Assembly: GCA_963736115.1 (NCBI GenBank)
Contig: CAVTNR010000009.1
Span: 166,051 to 230,050, forward strand
Direction of reading: 5' to 3'
Source of the DNA: an uncultured bacterium
GTDB lineage: Bacteria > Zhuqueibacterota > QNDG01 > DTFT01
DNA: 64,000 bases
Below are positions 47,839-57,029 of this stretch, piece after piece. The notes beneath the pieces are model-generated. The model worked only from the letters and a program-made list of their open reading frames with translations, did no database searches and was not told where the DNA came from. Position 1 is the first letter of the stretch. Each line of letters opens with the position of its first letter. Made by a program: the position numbers and the translations under genes.

Positions 47839-47947
47839 TTTGACCTTCCTTGGCTTCGTCAAAGGGGACAATAGACAACCGGGATAATAACCAATTCCCG
47901 GATCAAACACAAGAAGGAAATCGAAGCAGATGCTGTTCGGGGCTCCC

Positions 47948-47980
47948 AAGTGCCGGGCACTTCAGAGGTGCCCGGCACTT
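47948..47980. repeat. AAGTGCCGGGCAC-family palindrome
   Basis: AAGTGCCGGGCAC-TTCAGAG-GTGCCCGGCACTT. Confidence 0.8.
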
Positions 47981-48060
47981 TTCTGTCCTCAAAATCCCAT
48001 TGCGACAGAATCCCCGGTTTCATACATTCCCCTGTCCGCCGAAACGGAGGTCTCTAGCCC

Positions 48061-48747
48061 ATGCCTTCATATGCCTATGCCATCCTGTGCCTTCCCTTTG
48101 TCGGCCTCTGGCTATGGCTCTATGCCCAGAACCCGACATTACGGAAACACCTGCTGTGGATGAGCGCGCTACTGGGCATCGCGGGACCCATTGCAGAATT
48201 CTGGCACACCCGGGATTACTGGAATCCCGGGTATCTCATTCCAGTGAAAATCGGATCCTGGCGATTCGGTTTTGAGGATTACGTTCTGACTTTCGCCATG
48301 GCCGGTATAGCCATGATGCTGTTCGAACATATCCTGACCAAACGCGGAGCAGAGCCTCTCCCTGAATGGAGATGGAAGACACTGCTCTGCCTGGACATGT
48401 GCGGCAATGCCGGCATTCTCTGCATGGCCTTCTTCATCTATATCCTGAAGGTCAATTCCATATACGCCCTGATCTCGAGCCTGGCTGTCGCGAGCGTGGT
48501 TCTTTTCGGGAGAAGGAAGAATTGGCTTCTCCCGGCAACCTTGGCCGCGGCTGTATACGCCTTCGGATACTGGCTGATTTTCCGGTTTTATATGATGCCT
48601 CTTTTTCCGGGCGCGCTTGAGCGGGCGTGGAACCTGGAGGCTTTGTGGGGCGTGCGGCTGGCCGGTGTGCCTGCGGAGGAAGTCGTGTGGGCCTTTGTAC
48701 TGGCCCTGTTCGTCGGGCCGATCGTGAGGGCGTGTTCTGAGAGATAG
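48061..48747 (+). CDS. Lycopene-cyclase-domain-like membrane protein
   Basis: Two hydrophobic halves each with W...G...E[DE]..[FW] motifs (FGFEDYVLTF; GVPAEEVVWAF). Confidence 0.65.
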   Translation: MPSYAYAILCLPFVGLWLWLYAQNPTLRKHLLWMSALLGIAGPIAEFWHTRDYWNPGYLIPVKIGSWRFGFEDYVLTFAMAGIAMMLFEHILTKRGAEPLPEWRWKTLLCLDMCGNAGILCMAFFIYILKVNSIYALISSLAVASVVLFGRRKNWLLPATLAAAVYAFGYWLIFRFYMMPLFPGALERAWNLEALWGVRLAGVPAEEVVWAFVLALFVGPIVRACSER

Positions 48748-48764
48748 GGCAAGTGCCGGGCTAC

Positions 48765-48800
48765 AACCTCCCGCGGGTTTTTAAAAACCCGCGGGAGGTT
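48765..48800. repeat. Perfect 36-bp palindrome, CCTCCCGCGGGTT family
   Basis: AACCTCCCGCGGGTTTTT|AAAAACCCGCGGGAGGTT between convergent genes. Confidence 0.85.
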
Positions 48801-48807
48801 TTTTACA

Positions 48808-49665
48808 CTATCCTTTTTCCACGCAGAACCCCGCGAAAGGACATTCCGGACACGCCCCCCGGTCGGGCGGATCAGGGCAGGCCTGAAGTTTCCCCGCCGT
48901 GCACAACGCGAAATCGTATCTCACAGGATCTTCCGGATCGAACCGCCGCAAAACCTCCGTGATCTCGATCGCCATTTTCCAGTCCGCGGCGGACCGCTGT
49001 GTGAGCCCCAGCCTCCGGCCTATCCTCGCGACATGCGTGTCGAGCGGAATCACCAGCTTCGATGCCGGAATGTCCGGCCATATTCCGAAATCCAGACCGT
49101 CCTTCCGGACCATCCATCTCAGGTACAAGTTGAGCCGCTTGCACGCGCTACCGTCCGCCGGATCCGCGAGAAAATGCCTCAGCCCGGATCCCGGCTCCAT
49201 TGCCCGACGCAGGGATTTCGGAACCGGCGCGTCGGACAAACCCCGGACGAATGCGGACAAGGAAGGCCCGATGTCCGCGTGATCCGGAGAATATCCCTTC
49301 GCGAAAAACCGGCCTAATGTCCCGTGGTCTTGGATGGCATTCCCAAGGCGAAGGGACAGCAGGTCCAGGTCCGCCTCGCGGAAGAAACGATAGACGAATC
49401 CCCTGAACGCGCCGCCTTTCCGGACCGGATCATAATTCCGGATGAAGCGGCCGGGCGATGGGCCCATGCGTTCCAGCGCATCCGCGACCGCCTTACGGAT
49501 GAGGTCCGCTCGTCCGAGAGCCAGAGCGCAGGCAAAAATTCCCGCGATCTCGATGTCCAGGGGGTCTTCGTACCTGCGGACGATTTCAAGGGGATCGAGA
49601 TTGAGATAGGACGCGTCCGTGGATGCGGCGAGTCCGTCGAGGAGTTCCTTCAGCCCGGGACGCAT
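48808..49665 (-). CDS. TIGR02757/DUF2400 family protein
   Basis: DP, DIEIAG, SACKRLNLYLRWMVR, DFGIW, PLDTHV, DPVRYDFAL; C-terminal Cys cluster. Confidence 0.9.
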   Translation of the reverse strand: MRPGLKELLDGLAASTDASYLNLDPLEIVRRYEDPLDIEIAGIFACALALGRADLIRKAVADALERMGPSPGRFIRNYDPVRKGGAFRGFVYRFFREADLDLLSLRLGNAIQDHGTLGRFFAKGYSPDHADIGPSLSAFVRGLSDAPVPKSLRRAMEPGSGLRHFLADPADGSACKRLNLYLRWMVRKDGLDFGIWPDIPASKLVIPLDTHVARIGRRLGLTQRSAADWKMAIEITEVLRRFDPEDPVRYDFALCTAGKLQACPDPPDRGACPECPFAGFCVEKG

Positions 49666-49736
49666 GGATGGAACGCGGATTTGACGGATGGGACGGATTT
49701 TCACGGATACTCAGAATCAAGAAGGCAAGGGAGATT

Positions 49737-51239
49737 TTACTTCGCGATCGGAAGCCCGCCAGCCGCCGTGGGCTCCGCTTGCGAGGCAGCTTGCGGAGCA
49801 TTGGACGCGGCGGCCACGGGCCGAACAGGTTCCGCATCCACGGCAGTCATCATTTCCGAAACCCGTACCGGCTTGTATCCCAGCCGGTTCAATCCCTCGA
49901 TGATGGACTCCAGCTTCTCGTGCGGCTTGTCGTCCCTGCGCTCCGTGCCCAGGTGCATCAGTATGACCGCGCCATTGGCCCCGTTCTTCCCGGTCTCGGC
50001 GAACCGCAGTATTTTATCTTCGACTTCCTCGGCGGAATGGTAGGCCTTTGACTTCCGGTCCGCGACCCAGTCCATGGTGTCCATGGTCTCGGCCCATCCG
50101 CGGCCCGTGGTCCATCCCACGTGACGGAACCCCGCGTCCGCGGCCCAGCGGAGTATCTCGGCGTTGAATTCGCCGTAAGGCGCCCGCCAGACAGGCGACA
50201 GGTCGCGGCCCGTGACCGACCGGAACAGGGACGCGGTTTTCAGCAATTCATCCCGCATCCGCCCGGCGGTGATGCCGGGCCGCGTGGTCTGCTTCCGATC
50301 CTCGGCGTAAGTCGTGAGATGGGGATGCCGCCAGGTGTGGTTGCCGACATCATGCCCTTCCGCGACGATGCGTCTGACCATCTTCTGGTGCTTTTCAATG
50401 AATTCGCCCGTGAGAAAAAACGTGGCCCGCGTTCCGGTCTTCTTCAGCGCGTCGAGTATGGGGCCGGCCGCATTGTCGCTCGATCCTCCGTCAAAAGTGA
50501 AGGCGACCTCTTTCCGGGCCGTGGATCCCCGCGAGAAATCCCGGAAAAGCGCGGCCGGAGTCGGCGCCGCATACGCGAGGGTCATGACCTGAAGAACGGA
50601 CACGTCGCCGTTGATGGACAGGGCCCGAACTTCGATGCGCGTGACGCCCCGTTTCAGTTTGACCCGCTCGAACGAGAACCGTCCGTCCTCCGCGAGCGCC
50701 GCGGCCACCGGCTTACCGTCCACGATGAGCGAGACAATGCGTCCGTCCTCGGCCGCGCCGGTCACGTCAATGACATTCGAGGTCACCATGCCCGCCTGGG
50801 TCGGCCGGAACACGGTTTCGACCGGCCGGCCTGAAGTGTCGGCCGCGACAGCCGTCCAAGCCTCGGGTTCCCCGCCGGTCACGGACTTCAGCTCGCGCCC
50901 CAGAGTCCAGATGCGGACCACCGCGAAAAGCAGGCCCAGCCCGAGCAAAGTATCGAGCGCGATGCGAGCCGGCTGACTGCGCCAGGCCCGCCGGCTCTTC
51001 CGCTTCCGGCCGGGCTTTTTCGCGAACCGCCGGCCGGCCGCCGCGGCAAGGGTCCGGGCCAGAGCCCTCGCCCCGCATCTGAGCCCGCACACCGTCACGC
51101 CGGCCGACTGCTTCGAACACCGGTAGCAGATCGCCTTTCCGCATACCGAGCAGGTGTCGATGGCAGCAATGTCCGGATGGTTGTCACAGAAAATCATGGA
51201 ATCCGGATCTTCGTCATGTGTCGGTTGAATTTCCGCCAT
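49737..51239 (-). CDS. B-box-type Zn finger + TM + Ig-like + polysaccharide deacetylase (CE4/NodB)
   Basis: CDNH..CSVC...CYRC...C...C; one TM; TFDGG, ATFF, GNHTWRH, WRAPYG, ILMH. Confidence 0.85.
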   Translation of the reverse strand: MAEIQPTHDEDPDSMIFCDNHPDIAAIDTCSVCGKAICYRCSKQSAGVTVCGLRCGARALARTLAAAAGRRFAKKPGRKRKSRRAWRSQPARIALDTLLGLGLLFAVVRIWTLGRELKSVTGGEPEAWTAVAADTSGRPVETVFRPTQAGMVTSNVIDVTGAAEDGRIVSLIVDGKPVAAALAEDGRFSFERVKLKRGVTRIEVRALSINGDVSVLQVMTLAYAAPTPAALFRDFSRGSTARKEVAFTFDGGSSDNAAGPILDALKKTGTRATFFLTGEFIEKHQKMVRRIVAEGHDVGNHTWRHPHLTTYAEDRKQTTRPGITAGRMRDELLKTASLFRSVTGRDLSPVWRAPYGEFNAEILRWAADAGFRHVGWTTGRGWAETMDTMDWVADRKSKAYHSAEEVEDKILRFAETGKNGANGAVILMHLGTERRDDKPHEKLESIIEGLNRLGYKPVRVSEMMTAVDAEPVRPVAAASNAPQAASQAEPTAAGGLPIAK

Positions 51240-51245
51240 GCCCTC

Positions 51246-51306
51246 AATTTAGGACAAATCGTGAAAAAGTCAAGCCCCTTGACTTTGATGAAATTTGTCG
51301 TATATT
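51246..51306. promoter_or_regulatory. Back-to-back divergent sigma-70-like promoters
   Basis: Plus strand TTGACT-N16-TATATT (51279-51306); minus strand TTGACT-N16-TAAATT (51273-51246). Confidence 0.55.
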
Positions 51307-51330
51307 TCTAAAAATACTGGAGGTACAATC

Positions 51331-52776
51331 ATGGCCTTCGCACCCGAAAAACTCCGCCCCCAGTCCCTGTGGACGTATTTCAACTCGGTCTGCGGCATTC
51401 CCCACTGTTCCAAAAACGAAAAGGCGCTCGGCGATTTCGTCCTGGCAGCCGCAAAAGCCCGGGGATGTACAGCGAAACGCGACGCGGCCGGCAATGTGCT
51501 GATCGAGGTTCCGGCGACCCAGGGAAAGGAAAAATCTCCTGTCGTTGTTCTTCAGGGCCATCTGGACATGGTCTGCGAGAAGAATTCCGCCACAAAGCAT
51601 GACTTCGATCGCGATCCCATCCGGCCGTTCGTGGACGGGGACTGGATCAAGGCCGAGGGCACCACGCTCGGCGCGGACAACGGCATCGGCGTCGCGGCCT
51701 CGCTTGCCGTGATGGACGACGACACCCTGACGCACGGCCCGCTCGAACTGCTCTTCACGGCGGACGAGGAAACCGGTTTGAACGGCGCCAACGGGCTCCA
51801 ACCCGGCTTTCTCAAGGGACGCATTCTGCTCAACCTCGACAGCGAGGATGAAGGCGTTTTCTTCATCGGATGCGCGGGCGGGGCCGATTCGGACATCGCG
51901 CTTCCGATCAAACGCGCCTCCGGCGGTTCCGGCGATTCCCTCAAGGTCACGCTGTCCGGCCTGCGCGGCGGACACTCGGGACTCGACATCAACACCGGCC
52001 GGGGCAATGCAGTTCAGCTCCTGGCACGGATTCTCTATGGCCTGAACGTGCCGTTCTCCCTGGTCCACCTGGAGGGCGGCAACAAGCACAATGCCATTCC
52101 GCGCGAAGCCTTCGCCCATGTCGTCACGAAAGACCCGGCCGGGCTGAAAAAAGCGCTCGATGCGGCCCTGAACCAGATCCGGTTCGAGTACAAGACCGTG
52201 GAAAAGGATACCGCCCTGACCGTCGAGCCGGCGAAGGATTACCACCGCAATCCCATGGACGACGCGGGCCGGAACGCCTTTCTCTCCCTCCTGCTGGGCC
52301 TGCCCCACGGCGTTCTGGCCATGAGCCAGGACATTCCTGAACTCGTGGAAACGTCGAACAACCTCGCCATTGTCCGGGTCACCGAGTCCAAGGCGCTCAT
52401 CCACACCAGCACACGGAGCTCCATCGGGTCCGCGCTCGAGGCCGGAAGAGCGAAGATCGCGGCCATCGCGGGTTTGGCCGGGGCCGAAATCAACCATCTG
52501 AGCGGATACCCGGGCTGGGCGCCGAACATCCAGTCGCCCCTGCTCGCTGTGATGAAAAAAGTGCACAAGGACCTCACCGGGAAAGAGCCCGAGATCAAAG
52601 CCGTTCACGCGGGCCTGGAATGCGGCATCATCGGCGAGAAATACCCGGGCATGGACATGATCAGCTTCGGCCCGGACCTGCGCAATCCGCATTCTCCGGA
52701 CGAAAAAGTGAGCATCCCCACGGTGGAGCGCTTCTACAACCTGCTGGCCGCGACGCTCAAGACGCTGGCCGGTTAG
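51331..52776 (+). CDS. pepD: Aminoacyl-histidine dipeptidase (M20C)
   Basis: QGHLDMV, TTLGADNGIG, DEETGL.GA, NLDSE, GGHSG, HAGLECG, HSPDE; GGAGG RBS. Confidence 0.95.
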   Translation: MAFAPEKLRPQSLWTYFNSVCGIPHCSKNEKALGDFVLAAAKARGCTAKRDAAGNVLIEVPATQGKEKSPVVVLQGHLDMVCEKNSATKHDFDRDPIRPFVDGDWIKAEGTTLGADNGIGVAASLAVMDDDTLTHGPLELLFTADEETGLNGANGLQPGFLKGRILLNLDSEDEGVFFIGCAGGADSDIALPIKRASGGSGDSLKVTLSGLRGGHSGLDINTGRGNAVQLLARILYGLNVPFSLVHLEGGNKHNAIPREAFAHVVTKDPAGLKKALDAALNQIRFEYKTVEKDTALTVEPAKDYHRNPMDDAGRNAFLSLLLGLPHGVLAMSQDIPELVETSNNLAIVRVTESKALIHTSTRSSIGSALEAGRAKIAAIAGLAGAEINHLSGYPGWAPNIQSPLLAVMKKVHKDLTGKEPEIKAVHAGLECGIIGEKYPGMDMISFGPDLRNPHSPDEKVSIPTVERFYNLLAATLKTLAG

Positions 52777-52785
52777 GAGGCGGAC

Positions 52786-53208
52786 ATGGCCGACATTCAA
52801 AAGAAGGAAAAAGCGAAGACATCCGTCGAGGGCCGGGACACGGCCCTTCTCTCGGCGATTTCGCACGTGTCCATACTCGCCGTCTGCATCATGGGCCCGC
52901 TGACCCTGATCATTCCCCTGGTCATCTGGCTCTCGGAACGGAACCGTCCCAAACCGACCGAAGATGTGATTTTTCACGCCCGTCAGGCTCTTTTCTTCCA
53001 GGCGGCCGTGTACGTCGCCACGCTCGCCGCGGGACTGGTGGCCGGCCTGCTGACCCTGATTTTCATCGGCCTGCTGATGGTTCCGTTCGTCATCCTGTTC
53101 TTTCTGGCAGCCGTGGCGTACGGCGTATACGGCGGCGTGCAGGTGTGGCAGGGGCGGCCTTTCCGGTACCGTTACCTGACGGATTTCATCGAAAAGAACT
53201 TTCACTGA
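52786..53208 (+). CDS. DUF4870-like membrane protein
   Basis: PLVIWL, HARQAL.FQ, G..FRY motifs with three TMs. Confidence 0.8.
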   Translation: MADIQKKEKAKTSVEGRDTALLSAISHVSILAVCIMGPLTLIIPLVIWLSERNRPKPTEDVIFHARQALFFQAAVYVATLAAGLVAGLLTLIFIGLLMVPFVILFFLAAVAYGVYGGVQVWQGRPFRYRYLTDFIEKNFH

Positions 53209-53305
53209 TCCGGCGACTGCTTTAGACCCCGGGGTCGAGACGTCCAGCAGAACAAGTCCCCGGGATCCAACCGGACCTGTTCCCGGATCGATGCCACCTG
53301 AAACT

Positions 53306-53338
53306 AAAGGCCGTTCCCTGCTGAAGGAACGGCCTTTT
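53306..53338 (+). terminator. Rho-independent terminator
   Basis: AAAGGCCGTTCC-N8-GGAACGGCCTTTT. Confidence 0.65.
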
Positions 53339-53360
53339 CCATGCGCAAAGGAACAAATTC

Positions 53361-54155
53361 ATGGACAGCCTTCTGGTTCTCGACTGCGACGGCGTGATCG
53401 CGGACTCCATTCACGATTCCGTGCGGACCTCGGTCAATGCCTACATGGACATGCGGCCCGGCCACGGGCTCCCGCTGAAGGCGCGTCTCGAGACCCCGGA
53501 ATCCGTGTTCGCTTTCGAGAATGACCATCCGGAAATTATGTCCCGCTTCCGGGCCCTCATCCCCATGGGCAACCGCGCCGAGGAATACCTCGTGATCTGG
53601 AGCCTCATCGATTCAGGCCTCGCGGCCGCCATCCGGGATCAGGCCGCGTTCGATATAGCCGGATCCGCGATCCCATCCGCGGAACGCGACGCGTATGCCG
53701 GCCGTTTCTACGGCCTTCGCGTCGAATGGCAGAACCGCGATCCGGAATCGTGGGCGCGGCTTCTGCCGCCTTTCGCGGGTGTGCCTGCCGCGCTCCGGAG
53801 CCTGAAAAACCGCTTCAGACTTGCGATGGCCACTTCCAAGGATCTCCGGTCCGTGCATCTCCTGCTGAAGAACTACGGCGTGGAAGACTGCTTCGCGCCT
53901 GAGCTGATACTCGACAAGGAATTCTCCTACTCCAAGCGGGATCACCTGGTCCGGCTGATGGAAGTGTCCGGCGTTCCCTTCAGCCGCATGCATTTCGTGG
54001 ATGACAAGCTCATCCATCTGCAGGCCGTGAAGGACCTCGGCGTGAAGGCCTGTCTGGCGGCGTGGGGATTCAATTCGGAGCGGGAGCACCGCCTTGCGGC
54101 GGAAGAGGGATTTACAGTGCTGGGACTGGGGGAGTTTGCGAAGATGATGCCTTAA
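53361..54155 (+). CDS. HAD-family hydrolase
   Basis: LDCDGVIADS motif I, ATSK, FVDD, AAWGFN. Confidence 0.85.
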   Translation: MDSLLVLDCDGVIADSIHDSVRTSVNAYMDMRPGHGLPLKARLETPESVFAFENDHPEIMSRFRALIPMGNRAEEYLVIWSLIDSGLAAAIRDQAAFDIAGSAIPSAERDAYAGRFYGLRVEWQNRDPESWARLLPPFAGVPAALRSLKNRFRLAMATSKDLRSVHLLLKNYGVEDCFAPELILDKEFSYSKRDHLVRLMEVSGVPFSRMHFVDDKLIHLQAVKDLGVKACLAAWGFNSEREHRLAAEEGFTVLGLGEFAKMMP

Positions 54156-54161
54156 TAAAAA

Positions 54162-54328
54162 GGTTCATAGTTCAGAGTTCATGGTTCATAGTTAACAAAA
54201 TGTTCATGGTTCAAGTTCATAGTTCATGGTTCATGGTTAAGAAAAAAGAATGGTTCATAGAAGAAGAGAAATTAATCAGCCTCGAAACACCTCTTTAACT
54301 ATAAACTATGAACCATGAACTATGAACT
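54162..54328. repeat. Inverted arrays of GTTCAT(A/G) heptamers
   Basis: About ten forward units, then ACTATGAACCATGAACTATGAAC, between convergent genes. Confidence 0.85.
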
Positions 54329-54332
54329 CTTT

Positions 54333-55802
54333 TCACTCCGCCACAAAGAACGCGCCTTCGATTTCAGCATGAGCGGACGATGCCGCAACAGGCCGCGCCT
54401 CAGCCGGCTCCGGTTTCGTCTGCCCCACAAAACCACTGTCCGGATATTCCCGTTTCAGATAAGCCAGCATCTGCACCGCCTTCCCGCTGTCTCCGACGCG
54501 GTCGCGAAGCAGAACATACGACTGCACCAGGGACCTCTCCCGCGCCCGTCCGGACGGGTATTGATTGGCGTACATCATGTACAGGCTGACCGCCTCCTGC
54601 CCGACGCCTCCCTTTTCCAGCGCGGAAGCGAGCCTGTAGAGATTCTTCTCCGTGAGCCGGTCCAGAAATCCCAGACCGGACAATTCACGGAAGACCGCGG
54701 CAGGCGCGGCCCCATTCGCGTTTTCCGGGGACTTGAACAGGATGTCCAGACCCATGTTGTACAGCACAGCCGCGTTTTTTTCCATGCCCCGCGTCGCGAA
54801 TGCTCGGCCGTAGAAGAAATACTTGCGTACGTTCCGGGGATCCGCCTGCAACGCGACCATGGCTTGCTTTGCCAGCGGAATGCCGGGCTCGATGCGGGGC
54901 ATTCCGGCCGCCGCGGCCGCCAGGGCCGCCGGCGCGTCGAACAGGCCCGCTCCCAGGCCGAGCAGTTGGAACGATCCCGCGACACCGGCGCCGAACACGA
55001 AACCGCCGATATGCGCCCAGTAGGCGGTGCCGGCTTCGCCCGCGGAACGCGCTCCGATGAGCTGGAGCAGGAACCATACAGGAAGCACCACATACGCCCG
55101 TGTGGTGAAGAACCCCACCGGCTTCCAGAACCGCAGAAGGAAAACATACAGAAACTTCATCTTGACGCTGTAATACTTGACGAGAAAAACGCCCATGATT
55201 CCCGCGATCGCGCCCGAGGCCCCCACTCCAGGCACCAGGCTGTCGGGTGACCGGAGCATGTGCAGGCCCCAGGCCGAGATGCCGGACAGCAGGTAGCAGA
55301 TCAGAAAACCCCACCAGCCCCAGTCGTCCTCCAGATTGCATCCCACGGCCCAGAGAAACAGCATATTTCCGAACAGGTGCATGAACCCCGCGTGCAGAAA
55401 CAGGGAAAAAAAGAGCTTTAAAAGCGAAAAACGGGCGGGGATGAAACCCCAGCGCATGAAGAGCCGGTTTTCCAGAAGGTTCCGGTAATCCGCGTACAGC
55501 GACCGCCATTCCTCATGCTCCGGCCGCATGGAGCTTTTCGCGACCTCGGCGTAAAACCGCTCATGCACATCTTCATAGCGGGCGGTTTGAAAGTATTCGG
55601 GATTTTGTTCGTGAATCTCCCGCAGATACGGCATTTCGATCGAGGTCAGCTGTGCGTTCAGTTCAGACAGCTCACGGTACTCCCGGCGCACGATTTTATC
55701 CGTGAAAACCCAGACCGTGAGGTTCAATAAAATGAGCCCCATGGTCAGATACGGCAGTTTAACCGTCTCTTTTTCCGTGCGGATCGGGAACGTGAAGAAC
55801 AT
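54333..55802 (-). CDS. Rhomboid family intramembrane serine protease with a soluble C-terminal helical (TPR-like) extension
   Basis: FLHAG.MHLFGNMLFLW, GASGAIAG, AYWAHIGG. Confidence 0.92.
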   Translation of the reverse strand: MFFTFPIRTEKETVKLPYLTMGLILLNLTVWVFTDKIVRREYRELSELNAQLTSIEMPYLREIHEQNPEYFQTARYEDVHERFYAEVAKSSMRPEHEEWRSLYADYRNLLENRLFMRWGFIPARFSLLKLFFSLFLHAGFMHLFGNMLFLWAVGCNLEDDWGWWGFLICYLLSGISAWGLHMLRSPDSLVPGVGASGAIAGIMGVFLVKYYSVKMKFLYVFLLRFWKPVGFFTTRAYVVLPVWFLLQLIGARSAGEAGTAYWAHIGGFVFGAGVAGSFQLLGLGAGLFDAPAALAAAAAGMPRIEPGIPLAKQAMVALQADPRNVRKYFFYGRAFATRGMEKNAAVLYNMGLDILFKSPENANGAAPAAVFRELSGLGFLDRLTEKNLYRLASALEKGGVGQEAVSLYMMYANQYPSGRARERSLVQSYVLLRDRVGDSGKAVQMLAYLKREYPDSGFVGQTKPEPAEARPVAASSAHAEIEGAFFVAE

Positions 55803-55916
55803 AGGGGCATATTATACAAAAATGATGCCACGGATTTAAATTTCAATATCTTGTAAAATTTGAACTTACTGTCTTAAGGGCGGGCTAAATGAGGGGTCCC
55901 CGGCAATTTCTTCCTG

Positions 55917-57026
55917 CTACCTGATTTTCTTTTGAAACCTCCATACCGCGGTTGAAAAGATGACCGCCCCGAACAGGAGAAGGGCCAGCGTCTGGGGGTA
56001 CAGTTCCCTGGGTCCGGATCCTTTGATGAAAGTGCCGCGCGTGACCGCCAGCATGTACCGCATCGGGTCCAGAAAGGACGCCAGCCGCATGACAGCCGGC
56101 ATGTTTTCGATCGGGAACATGAAGCCCGACATCATCAAAAAGAAGAACAGGAAAAACACGGTGAGGAACATGGCCTGCTGCTGCGACTGGGCCATGGCCG
56201 AGACCAGCAGTCCGATGCCGAGCGTGGTGAAGAGGAACAGGACGATGTTGAACAGGAACCAGCCCGCGTTCCCGGCAATGGGGATGCCGTACCAGAGCCT
56301 CGCGAATCCCACGGCCAGAAGGAGCTCCAGAAACCCGATCACGGAATACGGGATGATTTTCCCGATCAGAATCTCGTGTTTCTTCAGAGGCGACACGAGG
56401 AGCTGGTCGAATGTGCCGATTTCCTTTTCCCGCACCAGGCCCATGGCGCTGACCATGGACGTCACCATGAGCACCAGGAACACGATGATGCCGGGAATCA
56501 TGTAATTCGCCATTTTCAGATCTTCGTTGTACCGGATGCGGATGTCCGGAACCAGACGCTTCCGGACCGGCAGTCCGGACGCGGCCGCGACTTCGCCGAC
56601 CGCTTCCTCCAGAATGCCGATCGCGTAACCGAGCGCGACCGTCGACGTGTTGGAGTCCTGGCCGTCGAGCAGAATCTGAATCGCGGTTGGGTTGCCCGCG
56701 GCCGCGTCCGCCGCGAAACCGGCCGGAATGACCAGGGCCGCCTGTGCCTTTCCCGAGTCAAGGGCCCGGCCCGTTTCAGCCTCGTCCACGCTCTCCGAAG
56801 TCATCCGGAACGTGTCGTTGTTCCGGAACCGGTCCACGACGCTCCGGCTGAGCTCCGATCCGTCCCGGTCGCACACCGCGAGCTTCACCGCGCGCACGTC
56901 CGCGGACACGGAGTACCCGAGCAGGAGCAGCTGCACGATGGGCATGACAAAAAGAAGCGCCATCATGGGCCTGTCCCGCCGGAGCTGGAGAAATTCCTTT
57001 TTCACGAGATGCCGGATGCGTCTCAC
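55917..57026 (-). CDS. ABC-2 transporter permease (YbhR-like)
   Basis: KEF.QL.RD, VREKEIGT.DQL.VSP, SGFMFPIENMP. Confidence 0.92.
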   Translation of the reverse strand: MRRIRHLVKKEFLQLRRDRPMMALLFVMPIVQLLLLGYSVSADVRAVKLAVCDRDGSELSRSVVDRFRNNDTFRMTSESVDEAETGRALDSGKAQAALVIPAGFAADAAAGNPTAIQILLDGQDSNTSTVALGYAIGILEEAVGEVAAASGLPVRKRLVPDIRIRYNEDLKMANYMIPGIIVFLVLMVTSMVSAMGLVREKEIGTFDQLLVSPLKKHEILIGKIIPYSVIGFLELLLAVGFARLWYGIPIAGNAGWFLFNIVLFLFTTLGIGLLVSAMAQSQQQAMFLTVFFLFFFLMMSGFMFPIENMPAVMRLASFLDPMRYMLAVTRGTFIKGSGPRELYPQTLALLLFGAVIFSTAVWRFQKKIR

Positions 57027-57029
57027 CGG

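Noticed and set aside
51244-53205. Long antisense ORFs (e.g. 51244-53205 minus, 2819-4912 plus, 18541-20337 plus, 39038-40612 plus)
   Set aside because: These are shadow ORFs opposite well-supported genes, expected at high GC, with no recognisable motifs.
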